Of a DNA stretch of 41,314 bases, positions 23,500 to 34,985 are shown one piece after another; position 1 is the stretch's first letter, and the number at the start of each line of letters is the position of its first letter. The stretch is taken from assembly GCA_002104905.1 (NCBI GenBank), contig MCFE01000735.1:1-41314 (forward strand). The letters are read 5' to 3'. This DNA comes from Basidiobolus meristosporus CBS 931.73 (lineage: Eukaryota > Fungi > Basidiobolomycota). The notes below the pieces were generated by a model, which was given only the letters and a program-made list of their open reading frames with translations, had not been told where the DNA came from and ran no database searches. The position numbers and the translations under genes were made by a program.

Positions 23500-26400
23500 A
23501 TATACAAGAGGTGCATTTAGACTCTTACAAGGTCTTTGTATAATAGTAATAATAAAGCACAGCGGATTGAGACAGGGTAACTTATCACAATGCAATATAC
23601 TGAATTGTGGTTGAAGGTAATCAAGATGTCAAGCGCATCCATTTTCAAGGTGAAAGCAATGGTAGGGTTGAAGACAATAATAGAGGAGCTTGTACATGTG
23701 AGTCTGCTGATAGATGAATCAGACAGAGGAAGATTCGTGAACCTCGGCCCATATATAGTTTGCAATAAGCAAAGAAAACCCTTCCAAGAATGTATGCATC
23801 ACTTATTACTGAGAAACTGAGCTTTTCTAATGACAATTTCTACCACCACCCTGATAGCCAGTTCGTTTCCGAAACTTAGCGCAATCGTAATAAATACAAA
23901 AATATCACTGATAAAAGGTTTATTCTGCATTACATCTCTCATCAATACAATGAATATATTGACTATTCATCTACAGTCCGGTGTTCAGATATAATCTTAC
24001 ATGAACAAGAAGTCCAGTAGGCATAGCATACGTTTCGGAGAATAGTGAGCACCGGAGGGTTGACGGTGTTGCGGAGACCCTGTAGGCGGAACAATCGGCT
24101 TAACAGTGAGGCTTTTGGAGAGTGGAAAGTAGTACGACGTTTGTCAATTGACAGCCCTCCTTTTATACTGTTTCTTTGGCAATGAGCCATCCATCCCTTA
24201 CGCGTCACACCATGTGGTGCAGAATCATTATACCGGGTTGTGGTTGATAGCTTTTTGGACATTTCCATCATCGTTATCTTCCCCTGTTAGAACCATAAGC
24301 GAGATGGTATTGATCATGTCACATCAAGTCTGGAGAATATACTCTGGCCCGCAGTCTGATACAAGATTATGGCATATATGGATAGATAGTGACCCGGTAC
24401 AACAATTAAGTCAGACAGATATTTCCCGGCCGAATTCCGTTGCTTTGGATCAATATAAAACAGTGTAGTTTGTTACTATCAATACATGGAAATCATACAT
24501 GGAAATCATACATATTGGTCTGATAATCGGTTCTAATAATCAACGGAGAGCAGTGGTAGATTGGTGATAGAACACAACGCTGTAGAACATCCATCTATTT
24601 GAATATGCTGGATATGCTATATTTGGTATATCAGGACTACAACAAAATAACCGACTTGAAGCCCAAATAAGATATGGTCATAGCTGATATTGCGTATGAA
24701 AACCCCGATATTTTTGAAGCTTGAAGTGAGAAATGCTTTATGGCATATCTGGTCATACATATCCGGTACAACAAATACATAATCATCCCTGGAAAGCGGT
24801 TTATTCCGTATTACATCAATACAATGGAAATGCTGACTTCTCATCCACAGCCCGGCGTTCAGATATAATCTGACATGCACAGGAAACTCGGTAGGCGTTG
24901 CAATCAATATGGAGATTGGTGAGCACCAGATGATTGACGGTGTGACGGGGACCCTGAAGGCGGAAGATTCGGCTTAAAGGTGAGGCTTTTGGATAGTGGA
25001 AAGTAGTACAACGTTTGTAAATTATAACTTATTCTTCGGTGCTGATTTATCCACTCCTCCCGGTGCGGAATCATTATTCCTGGGGTGCTTCAGAGTCAGT
25101 TGCTTCACTCCAAGCTTCTTGAGTGATTTCCATTTTCGTAACCTTCCTTTATGGACAGGTTCTGCGTATTGATTCCAGATTGGGTTACCTCGATTTCAGG
25201 ATAATACAACTGAGTCCACAAACGGATGAATGTTTGCAAGTACTATTCGACATGAGATTATACTGATGGACATAGTATACTGATGGGAACATAGCGCTAT
25301 ACTGATGGGAACATAGCGCACCTAAGTAACGGTACAGTCGGGAGCTAGTAAATAGCAAAACATATGGTCAAGCCTCCATATCAAATCCAGTGCCTTTAGA
25401 TTGATACCGAACATTTTTAAAACCAGAACTCATTAATAATGATTAAAACCAGACATATATAGATTAAGGAGAATTGAGGTCAGGCTTACTCTAAGTAGAT
25501 AGGTGAGCGAAACCAACGCGGTGGAAATGTCCAGCTGTTCGGATATCAAGATTACCACCAAACTCCTGATTTGTGCATATCAATCACCAAAATGGGAATC
25601 TATGGAATGTGCGGTCCGTAATTTGATGATGGACCTGGAATATCGCCTCCAAAAATATGACGTCAAAAAGGAAGGGCCAATGTTCTTAAACCTTGGAGGG
25701 AGACTTCGATCATTCCACATGTAGTTGTTTGGATCAAATCGATGGCAATTTAATGTTGTTCAGAGTTCACCAGCACACTGACCCACGAGTGATATGAAAC
25801 TGAGCATTCTCCATATTCTACAAACGAATTCTTCCAATGCATAATCTTATTGCTCCCTACTTGTACTCAAATCAACGCATCTGCTCTTTCTCGAATCTTG
25901 GCTCATATACCCTTGGCCAAGCACTCCCAAGTTACTTAACCCGACAAATGTATAATTATCACTGATAAACGTTTTATTCCGTCTTGACGAATCAATACAA
26001 TGGATATATTGACTTCTCGACTACAGTCCTGGGTTCAGTTATAATCTGACATGATTTGGAAGTCAAGTGAGCATAGTAACTGCTTCGGAGAATGGTGAGC
26101 ACCAGACGTGAGGCTGAAGAGCGGAGACCTTGTAGGCGGAATATGCGGCTTAACGGTGAGGCTTTTGGAGAGTGGAAAGTAGTACAATGTTTGTCAAGCG
26201 ACGGTCCTCATTTTATAGTGAATCTTTGGCAACAAATTGTCCTCTCCTCTCACGTGGTGTGGAATCTTTGTGGTCGACAGCTTTCCGTATTCCATTTCAA
26301 TTCTCACTATCTTACCTTTTTGTGTCATATGGACTCCTGATTGTGTTACATTGGTTTGGGGAGAATGCACCTTTACTTACCAACCACTGCAAGTATTCTG

Positions 26401-27350
26401 TTTGATTCATTCTTTCTAGTACAAGATTATACCGATTCCCCATTTATGGAAGATCAGTGGACTTAGGTAATAGTCAATCCCGGCTCTGGTTTTGGGAAGA
26501 AAAGGCGAAATATCAGTGAAAGAATCTTGACAGAACATTTCGGGGAGTGTGACCCGTTACTATTGATCCCTTTATTAGATAACATTTAGCCTCACACAAC
26601 GGTACTGATGGTAACTTTTTTGTAGGATTTTGTGATTGGCGAAGGACACCAATCTCATTTGGTATAACGAGGCTACCACCGAGGTATCTGATTTGTAGAG
26701 ATTACCATGTAAACAACTAAGATAGGGAATTTATGGTATGTGCACCAAGTTGTGATGGGCCCACTTTTTGTCCTCCCAAAATAAGATTCGGTCATAGTCC
26801 ATGTTGTGTATCAAACACCTAGGCACTGGTCAGTTCCATGGAGAATAATGGAGGTAATATCGGTGATACTTGCCAAATTCCGTTGCTCTAGATATTTCAA
26901 AGATTGGTCAATGCTTTCATGGAACAAGATTTTCCGTTACATTACTCAGCTACCAATAGCTAAATAAAAATGACAGTGTCTGTGGATTGGCGAAAGAAAC
27001 CAGTGCTGTCCAAGAAGTCGGGTGTGGGAAATCAAAGTAATCATCAAGATGGAGATTAATGGTGTGTTGAGAGGCACGGGTTCACGGGGTTACTCTCATA
27101 ATTGAGGTATCAAGATCCCTCGAATGCACAAAACAAGGACAGAACATTCCTGGAGTGACATTAACGGCTGCCTTGAAAAAATGCGTTATCAATTGTGAGG
27201 ATAGCAATGACCGCATTGAGATACTACCAAACTTACTCTTGAGAACCTCCATCCTACCCTCCATCCCGTATGCTATTGAGCCTAGATCGCGTATACCTAA
27301 AATGTCTTATCTAGCCTAAGCAGGGTTTCTATAGTATCTAGCATAAGCGG
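23500..27350 (-). pseudogene. Cluster of at least three degenerate paralogous segments of an unidentified gene or repeat family
   Basis: A shared block GTGAGGCTTTTGGA.AGTGGAAAGTAGTAC occurs near 24110, 24980 and 26155. Minus-strand translations share HVRL(Y)LN.GL(W)..SQ..HCID, FKNIG and YD(R/H)ILF, with many stops and frameshifts. It retains CpG, unlike the flanking TEs. Confidence 0.5.
25259..25320 (+). repeat. Short tandem duplication of a 22-bp unit, TATACTGATGGGAACATAGCGC x2 plus a partial copy
   Basis: Read directly from the sequence. Confidence 0.8.
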
Positions 27351-28015
27351 TGAAGCTTGGTGATAATGGTAATATCTGTTGCTTGGATATGATGTATAAT
27401 GCTGATGACTGCTACGGATATGCGAAGCTGTGTTGACACGTTGTTGCAACCTTATCACTTCTTATCCACACACAGATAAACCTAAGGAACAGTCTTCAGT
27501 GGGAAGCAAATGTTGAAGTGTCATGATTTTTATGGCTACAGTGTTATATTGCAACAAAATATTGCAATTTGGTTCTTTAATAGTGCATTACATTCATTGA
27601 TGCCGTGATTTTGATGTATTACGGTTCTTTTTCATATGTGTATATATACGGAATCTTTGTCCCTGTTGTTGTTTAGGGTTATTAGCCATTTCAAATCATG
27701 TCTGCATTTCAAATCAATTGCCGCAATTTCGGACTTCCATTTTGGCTACGGTATTCAGACCAGCTACGAGTAGCCAGAAGTGCATGTGTTATAGTGGACA
27801 TGGCATGAGTGATGGTCCTGATATTGTATTAATAAAGCAGAAATAATTGCTGTTATTTCCATAGTCAGTAACAAGCTTTAGAGCATAGTCATTAAATATA
27901 GCAAGATTTTAGGAAATACTGGAGGTGACTGAGTTAACCGGAAGAATTATGTAACATTCACTTGCTTTATTAAGCTCAAATACAGTACATATACCTGGCG
28001 GGAAACTTTATAAAC

Positions 28016-28493
28016 TGTTTGAAGAGTTTTGGAGATATTGGAAGCAATTGTAAGAACAAGCAAGTTATGTTGTTTTCATTCAATGATTTATTGAATGTAA
28101 AAGTAGTATTTATACTTTATTTAGTCTTGGCAAAAAACATGTAAAATACGCTTAGGAAGACCCCAAGAATATGTGTGCAAAGTTTGGGGCTGTTTGGACA
28201 ACTTTAAGAAAAGCCATGTTCTGGATGCCTGATGCTTTATTGAAAATATTTTAAGTAAATCCCAACAAGAGTTTTGGTCAGTATTCTCTAAGACTTGCAG
28301 GTAATGATCTAAGTGAGTAGGTAAGATGAATACATAGGTGCAATTACAAATTTCAAAAACACTCCCACTCAACCAAATATTCACATGAACTAAATCTAAT
28401 TGTCATATGTGATTTTCAAACTTCTTGATAGCTAATTGTTTAGTAAATATGGCTGTAATAGCTTCATCTGTAGGATAGTAAGCTAAGTTAACT
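28016..28493 (-). mobile_element. Copia 3' end (RNase H tail, PPT, 3' LTR 28016-28361), inverted
   Basis: The reverse complement reads GGTTGAGTGGGAG-TGTTTTTGAAATTTGTAATTGCACC...CTCTTCAAACA and matches about 610-1093. Confidence 0.8.
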
Positions 28494-28881
28494 ATATTGA
28501 AAGAGCTTTGGAAATACTGGGAGTGATTGGGAGAACAAGTTGATTTTGTGGCTTAATCCTATGTTTTGTAGGTAGTGATTTAAGTACTAAGTTAGGTTAA
28601 TATTCATGTGGAATTACAAATTTTCTCAACACTCCTACTCAACTAAATATGCATATTAGCTAATCCTATTTATGTTATACAATAATCATATTTGTCACTA
28701 GCTAGTTACTTAGTAAATATGTCAGCAATCATTTTGTCTGTAAGAGAGTAGACTAAGCTAACTAAGTTGTTTTCTATGACTTTATGCGTGATAAGGTGTT
28801 TAGTATCTATGTGCTTAATTCTAGCCTGAAAAGATGGATTTCTACCTAATTCTAAACATCCCTGACTATCTTGAACAAATG
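28494..28881 (-). mobile_element. Second copia 3' end with an internally deleted LTR (about 28494-28631), inverted
   Basis: The reverse complement has the RNase H tail, PPT AGTTGAGTAGGAG, the LTR start TGTTGAGAAAATTTGTAATTCCAC and the LTR end. About 200 bp of the LTR middle is missing. Confidence 0.75.
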
Positions 28882-28962
28882 TGTTGTAAAAACTTGTAAT
28901 TCCACCTAAATATTAACCCAATGTAGTCACTAAAGTTATTACCTGCAAATCTTGGAGCACAC
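28882..28962 (+). mobile_element. Truncated copia LTR (first 80 bp or so only)
   Basis: TGTTGTAAAAACTTGTAATTCCACCTAAATATT... matches the LTR start, then breaks off at degenerate telomere-like repeats. Confidence 0.75.
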
Positions 28963-28977
28963 CTTGGGTCAGGGTTA

Positions 28978-29281
28978 CAGGGGAGACAGTGATCAGCAGG
29001 TGAAAACTTTATTTCAATTGAAACAAAGAATCTAGAACCACTGTTGTAGCTCTGATATCAGAGTGTGTGGCTAAGGGGAATTTGAAGGTAAGTTAATGAG
29101 GAGAGATGATAGTTCTTCAGTCCTCAAGACACCATTTAGTTGGAAGAGGGTAGCAAGAGAGGTAAGAATGATTAGTGAGCATCATAAATAAGGGGAATAT
29201 GATAAGGATTGATATTCATTATATTGGGAGTGTGCTATTTCAGATATTACTGTCAAAGGGCAGTGAAGTACTTCAGGTAGG
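28978..29281 (-). mobile_element. Old 3'-end relic of the telomeric LINE family, interrupted by a copia insertion
   Basis: Aligns by eye with 36508-36813 (GGGGAGACAG...GGTGAAA.CTTTATTTCA.TTGAAACAAAGAA...TACTTCAGGTAGG), in the same orientation as the distal array. Confidence 0.85.
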
Positions 29282-31170
29282 TGTTGTAAAAATTTGTATT
29301 TCCACCTAAATATTCACCTAACTTAGTCACTTAGATCATTACCCTCAAATCCTAGAGAATACTGACCAAATTCCTTGTTGGGATTTACTTAAAATATTTT
29401 CACCAAAATACCAGGTACCCAGAACATGAAAATTCTCAAAGTTGTCCAAACAGCCCCAGACTTTGCATACATGTTCTTTGGACCTTCCTTAACCTATTCT
29501 ATGTTTTTGTAATGCCAAGACCAGGTAAAAGCATAAGTACTACTTTTACATTCAATAAATCATTGAGTGAAAACCACAAAATCTACTTGTTCTCCCAATC
29601 ACTTCCAATATCTCCAAGACTCTTACAACAGGTTATGAGCCCCAAGCTGTCACTCTCTGCAATGTCTACTACTGCTATTACTGGAATTTTTCCCTCTGCT
29701 GAAAAGTTGGATGGATCTAACTACCAAGTGTGGAATGTGAAGATGAAGATGCTGCTACAAGAAAGAGGCCTTTGTGATATTGTCATGGGAGAAGAATGCC
29801 CTCCTAAAAATGTGGGAGAGGAAGCCTTAAAGTAGCAGAAGAAAGAACAAAGTGCCTTTAACTGCAATTGCCTTAATGTTAAGGACAAATTGCTAATTCA
29901 ATGCTCAAGAGCAAAAATGGCAAAGAATGCCTGGAAAGCATTAGAAGATACCTACAAGTCATGTTCAGCTGCCAAGAAGATGTATCTGGGACAAAAATTC
30001 TTTACTACAAAGATGCTGCCAGGAGAAGAAATGAAAAATCTAATTAACAGAATTACCCTGCTGGTAGATGAAATGGAATTGGTGGGCATACCAACTACTG
30101 ATGAGGATGTGATAGTTACCATCCTGAATATCCTGACAGACAAGTTTCAGGGCCTTGTATCAGCCCTAGAGTCTAGAACTGAAGATTTGACATTAAACTA
30201 TGTATATAGAAGGCTCCTGGATGAAGAATTAAGGAAATCAAGCACCAATAAGAAGGATGAAGAAAATGCTTTAATAAGCAATGATAACCAACAAAGGAGG
30301 TACCCAAGACCCTACAAAGGCAACAGCAACCTATTTTGCAACTACTGCAAAAGGAAAGGACACACATCAGACCGGTGCTTCAAAAAAAGATAGTCAGTGG
30401 AAAAAGTATGAATATGGAAATGTGGCAACAACTGAAGATAGACTATTCATATCTGCACTTAATATGACCACAAACAAGGATTATCAGACATGGTATATTG
30501 ACTCTGGAGCATTTCAACACTTTACACACCAAAAAGAACTTTTTACCCAGTATCAAGAAATTCCAATTAAGAAGGTTTTCATGGATGACAATAGGACACT
30601 TGATGCAGTAGGAGAAGGAACTATCCACGTATGCCTAGGATGCAGTGAAGGAAGCCATACACAGACCTTTAAAGAAGGACTCTATGTACCAGAAATAGTC
30701 AAGAACCTACTATTTGTAAGCAAGGCCACAGCAGAAGGACTCAGTTTCAGCTTTGACAATTCCGGATGCAAGATCACAAATCAAAATGGTGCACATATTG
30801 CTTTGGGTATCAGAGATCAGAATCCTTACAAGTTGACTTATATTCCATCATATTTGGAAGCAAATATAAGTAACTAAAATGAAGAAACCCCAATGCTTTA
30901 GCACAGGAGATTTGGGCACATCAATTTTGATTATTTGCGCAAAATGATCAAAGATCAGCGAATATCTGGAGTAAAAATTGATCCCCCAGCTAATTTGGAG
31001 CACTGTGAAGCCTGCATATATGGGAAACAATCCAGACAACCAATCACAAGCTCTGGGTTAATCAAAACTAAGAGAAAATTAGATCAAATTCACTCAGATC
31101 TGTGTGGACCCATGCAAAAATTATACTTAGGCGGGGAGAAATATTTGATTACCTTTATTGATGATAATAC
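29282..31170 (+). mobile_element. Ty1/copia element 1: 5' LTR 29282-29630, PBS, gag, protease and start of integrase; inactivated and interrupted
   Basis: EKLDGSNYQVW (gag), CNYCKRKGHTSDRC knuckle, WYIDSGA (protease), HRRFGH...CEACIYGK, IHSDLCGP...FIDD. Stop at 29833 and a frameshift near 30385. Confidence 0.93.
29631..29642 (+). promoter_or_regulatory. Primer-binding site complementary to the tRNAiMet anticodon stem-loop (half-tRNA type)
   Basis: GGTTATGAGCCC immediately after the LTR ...ACAACA. It is the reverse complement of GGGCUCAUAACC in the yeast initiator tRNA anticodon arm. Confidence 0.85.
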
Positions 31171-33402
31171 TGTAGTAAAAATTCATATTTCCACCTAAAT
31201 ATTCACCTAACTTAGTCACTTAGATCATCACCTTCAAATCCTTGAGAATACTGACCAAATTCCTTGTCGGCATTTACTTAGAATATTTTCACCAAAATGC
31301 CAGGTACCCAGAACATGAAAATTCTCAAAGTTGTCCAAACAGCCCCAAAATTTGCACACATGTTCTTGGGATCTTTCTTAACCTATTCTATGTGTTTGTA
31401 ATGCCAAGACCAGGTAAAAGCATAAATACTACTTTCACATTCAATAAATCATTGAGTGAAAACCACATAATCTACTTGTTCTCCCAATCACTTCCAATAT
31501 CTCCAAGACTCTTACAACAGGTTATGAGCCCCAAGCTGTCACTCTCTGCAATGTCTACTACTGCTATTACTGGAATTTTTCCCTCTGCTGAAAAGTTAGA
31601 TGGCTCTAACTACCAAGTGTGGAAGGTGAAGATGAAGATGCTGCTACAAGAAATAGGCCTTTGGGATATTGTCATGGGAGAAGAATGCCCTCCTAAAAAC
31701 GTGGGAGAGGAAGCCTTAAAGTACCAGAAGAAAGAACAAAGTGCCTTTAACTGCATTTGCCTTAATGTCAAGGACAAATTGCTAATTCAATGCTCAAGAG
31801 CAAAAACGGCAAAGAATGCCTGGAAGGCATTAGAAGACACCTACAAATCATGTTCAGCTGCTACAAAAATGTATCTGAGACAAAAATTCTTTACTACAAA
31901 GATGCTGCCAGGAGAAGTAATGAAAAATCTAATTAACAGAATTACCCTGCTGGTAGATGAGATGGAATCTGTGGGCATACCAACTACTGATGAGGATGTG
32001 ATAGTTACCATCCTGAATAGCCTGACAGACAAGTCTCAGGGCCTTGTATCAGCCCTAGAGTCCAGAACTCAAGATTTGACCTTAAATTACGTATATGGAA
32101 GGCTCCTGGATGAAGAATTAAGAAAATCAAGCGCCAATAAGAAGGAAGAAGAAAATGCTTTAATAAGCAATGATAACCAGCAAAGGAGGTACCCAAGACC
32201 CTACAAAGGCAACAGCAACCTATTTTGCAACTACTGCAAAAGGAAAGGACACACATCAGACCAGTGTTTCAAAAAGAGAGATTATCAGCAAAAGAAGCCT
32301 GAATATGGAAATGCTGCAACAACTGAAGATAGACTATTCATATCTGCACTAAATATGACCACAAACAAGGATTCTCAGATGTGATATATTTACTCTGGAG
32401 CTTCTCAACACTTTACACACCAAAATGAACTTTTTACCCAATATCAAGAAAATCCAATTAAGAAGGTTTTCATGGGTGACAATAGAACACTTGATGCAGT
32501 GGGAGAAGGAACTATTCAAGTAAACCTTAGAGGCAGTGAAGGAAGCCATACACTGACCTTTAAAGAAGTACTCTATGTACCAGAAATAGCCAAGAACCTA
32601 CTCTCTGTAAGCAAGGCCACAGCAGAAGGACTCAGTTTCAGTTTTGACAATTCTGGATGCAGGATCACTGATCAAAATGGTGCTCATATTGCTTTGGGCA
32701 TCAGAGATCAAAATCTATACAAGTTGACTTATATTCCATCATATCTGGAAGCCAATTTAAGTAACTTAAATGCAGAAACACCAATGCTTTGGCACAGGAG
32801 ATTTGGACACATCAATTTTGATTATTTGCGAAAAATGATCCAAGATCAGCAAATTTCTGGAGTGAAAATTGATCCCCCAGCTAATTAGGAGCACTGTGAA
32901 GCCTGCATATATGGGAAACAAGCCAGACAACCGTTCAAGAGCTCTGGGTTAATCAAAACTAAGAAAAAATTAGATCTAATTCACTCAGATCTGTGTGGAC
33001 CTATGCAAAATTTATCCTTAGGCAGGATGAAGTATTTAATCACTTTTATTGATGATTATACAAGATACACATGGGTCTACTTCATGGAGAGAAAGGAAGA
33101 AGCTCTGTCTAAGTTCAGGGAGTTTAAAGCCATGGTGGAGAGAGAAACCGGTGAAAAAATCAAGAAAATACACTCTGACAATGGTGGAGAATATACCTCA
33201 AAACTCTTCATCCACTTCTGCAAAATTCATGGGATAAAGCAAGAGACTACTGTACCATACTCCCCACAGCAAAATGGAGTAGCAGAACAAGCTAACAGAT
33301 CAATAATTGATATGGCAAGATCTATGATCCGTGATCAAAAATTATCCTGTGATTTTTGGGCGGAATCAGTTGCCACTGCTGTATATCTTAAAAATAGGAG
33401 TT
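31171..33402 (+). mobile_element. Ty1/copia element 2 (same family) nested in element 1: 5' LTR 31171-31519, PBS 31520-31531, gag-PR-IN, 3'-truncated
   Basis: Gag is open through the knuckle. Stop at 32382 in the protease region. Integrase core FIDDYTRYTWVYF...IHSDNGGEY...PQQNGVAEQANR, and homology ends after YLKNRS. Confidence 0.93.
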
Positions 33403-34985
33403 ATAACAGAATACTTTGTGATTCTTATCTATTCAATATTGCTATTAGCAATCATAGTGGTGTCTATACTTAATTCTCTAAATTCTTTTGTGTGATAGCT
33501 TATGGTGCTTGTAATGCCAGTTTGGCTTGCACAATGAGTTGCAGAATTTTTGCAGTAAAATTAGTAGCACTCACAAATAATTCAGCTTGTAATATACCTA
33601 CAAATAGCTATGGACTTGTTGATAAAATGCTGCATAGTAATTTTATTTCTTTTCAGCAGCAAAGCCCATTATATTTGCACTCTCACATGAAACATCATAG
33701 TTGTCTACAGTTGTAATTACTGCACAATCAATCCTGCTCAATGTGTTTTAATATGTTAAGTTTCTTGAAAGAAAATATACAGATACAGTTATATTAACAT
33801 CCAGCCAAGAATACCATCAACCATGATTGATTCTTATTCTCAATATATGCATGCATTATGGTGGTGTAGAGGTACTCCAGGGAGAAGCTACACAACTCAA
33901 GATGTGTGAGATGTCTGTTGGGTTCAATAACCTCTGGGTCTAAACTGCTGCTTTCTTTGTCAATATGTAACTATGGTAAAAGCTCCTGCTTCTCTAGCTT
34001 CCTTGGTGCTCCAAGTGTCTCCAAAGGCCTCTGTGTGTCTTGTGCATAACCCTGAAAAGCTCCTTGATGGCAGGTCTGAGGTGTAACTGTAGAAGGCAGG
34101 TGCAGTGGTCAACTGCTAATCAATAAGGGAGAAGTATTTCTGATAGATGGGATGATTTATTGATAGGGTTTGACTTCCCTTAAATACTTTTCCAGATTGC
34201 CAAGTGATTACTAATGACAAGGTTCTAGAAAATTCCAGGCATCAGAGGAATTCTTGATGACATCACTATGAGCTAAAAATACTTCAAGGAGGTTGTGGAA
34301 GGTTCTAAAAGGCACAGCACATCCAACCAATCAGGGATCAGTAGTCTGAGACCTGTGTAGCATAGAGATACCATACATGGTACTAATATGGTGGGGATGG
34401 TAACACAGACTTAGGTCATGTGTCATGGGTACTGACACAGGTACTTGCCTAATGTGGATACATATACTAATCAGAAAGCTGAGCAACATCTGGGATAACT
34501 AATGCTATCAATTAATTAGGGTAAACATCATATGGGGATAATACAAATAATATGGGCAATATAAGAATGGGATAATACTGATAAGATAAAATATGGATAA
34601 GTGTATCATGATAGCTATATGAATAAACTTGTATGTAGGAGGTATGTTTACCCTACCACAGCATTCAATCAGGTTTCCTATATATATGAGGCAAATACCT
34701 GTATTTTGGTGACAGAGTCCTGGCCTGGCAAGACCTTGGCATGGTGGATGTTGAATACATGATACATGGATAGCTGGGTAGAATATGCTTCCCACCAACT
34801 CTCATGATTTGAGTCCAGCAGGAGGTGCAGTGGTATTCTAGTGTGGTTGTAAGGCTTAGCATGGTAAATGAGCAGTTCAAACAAAAGCACCCCCAGCTCA
34901 CTCCACAAAAACTATTCAAATACAAGGTGTCACTGTTGAATGGCAGCCCAAATATGTTAATTGAGTGACAACATTCTTGGTTACC

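Noticed and set aside
24481-24513. 13-bp tandem duplication ATACATGGAAATC
   Set aside because: A local slippage duplication in relic DNA; not a CRISPR-like or structured array.
27673-27681. TTAGGGTTA, and similarly GGGTTAGGG near 15774, as interstitial telomere relics
   Set aside because: These are isolated 9-mers with no adjacent LINE tail or truncation, so they cannot be distinguished from chance.
31171-31519. Antisense translation of the LTR loosely resembles copia RT motifs (DWE..., VFM.LPG, LGEYLG)
   Set aside because: Motif spacing is wrong and there are several stops. It would need a profile search to be credible.
33403-34985. Possible Gypsy or DNA-transposon fragments (for example CTSC...ILPSYP near 34780-34860, minus strand)
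   Set aside because: Too degenerate to call; the motif resemblance is weak.
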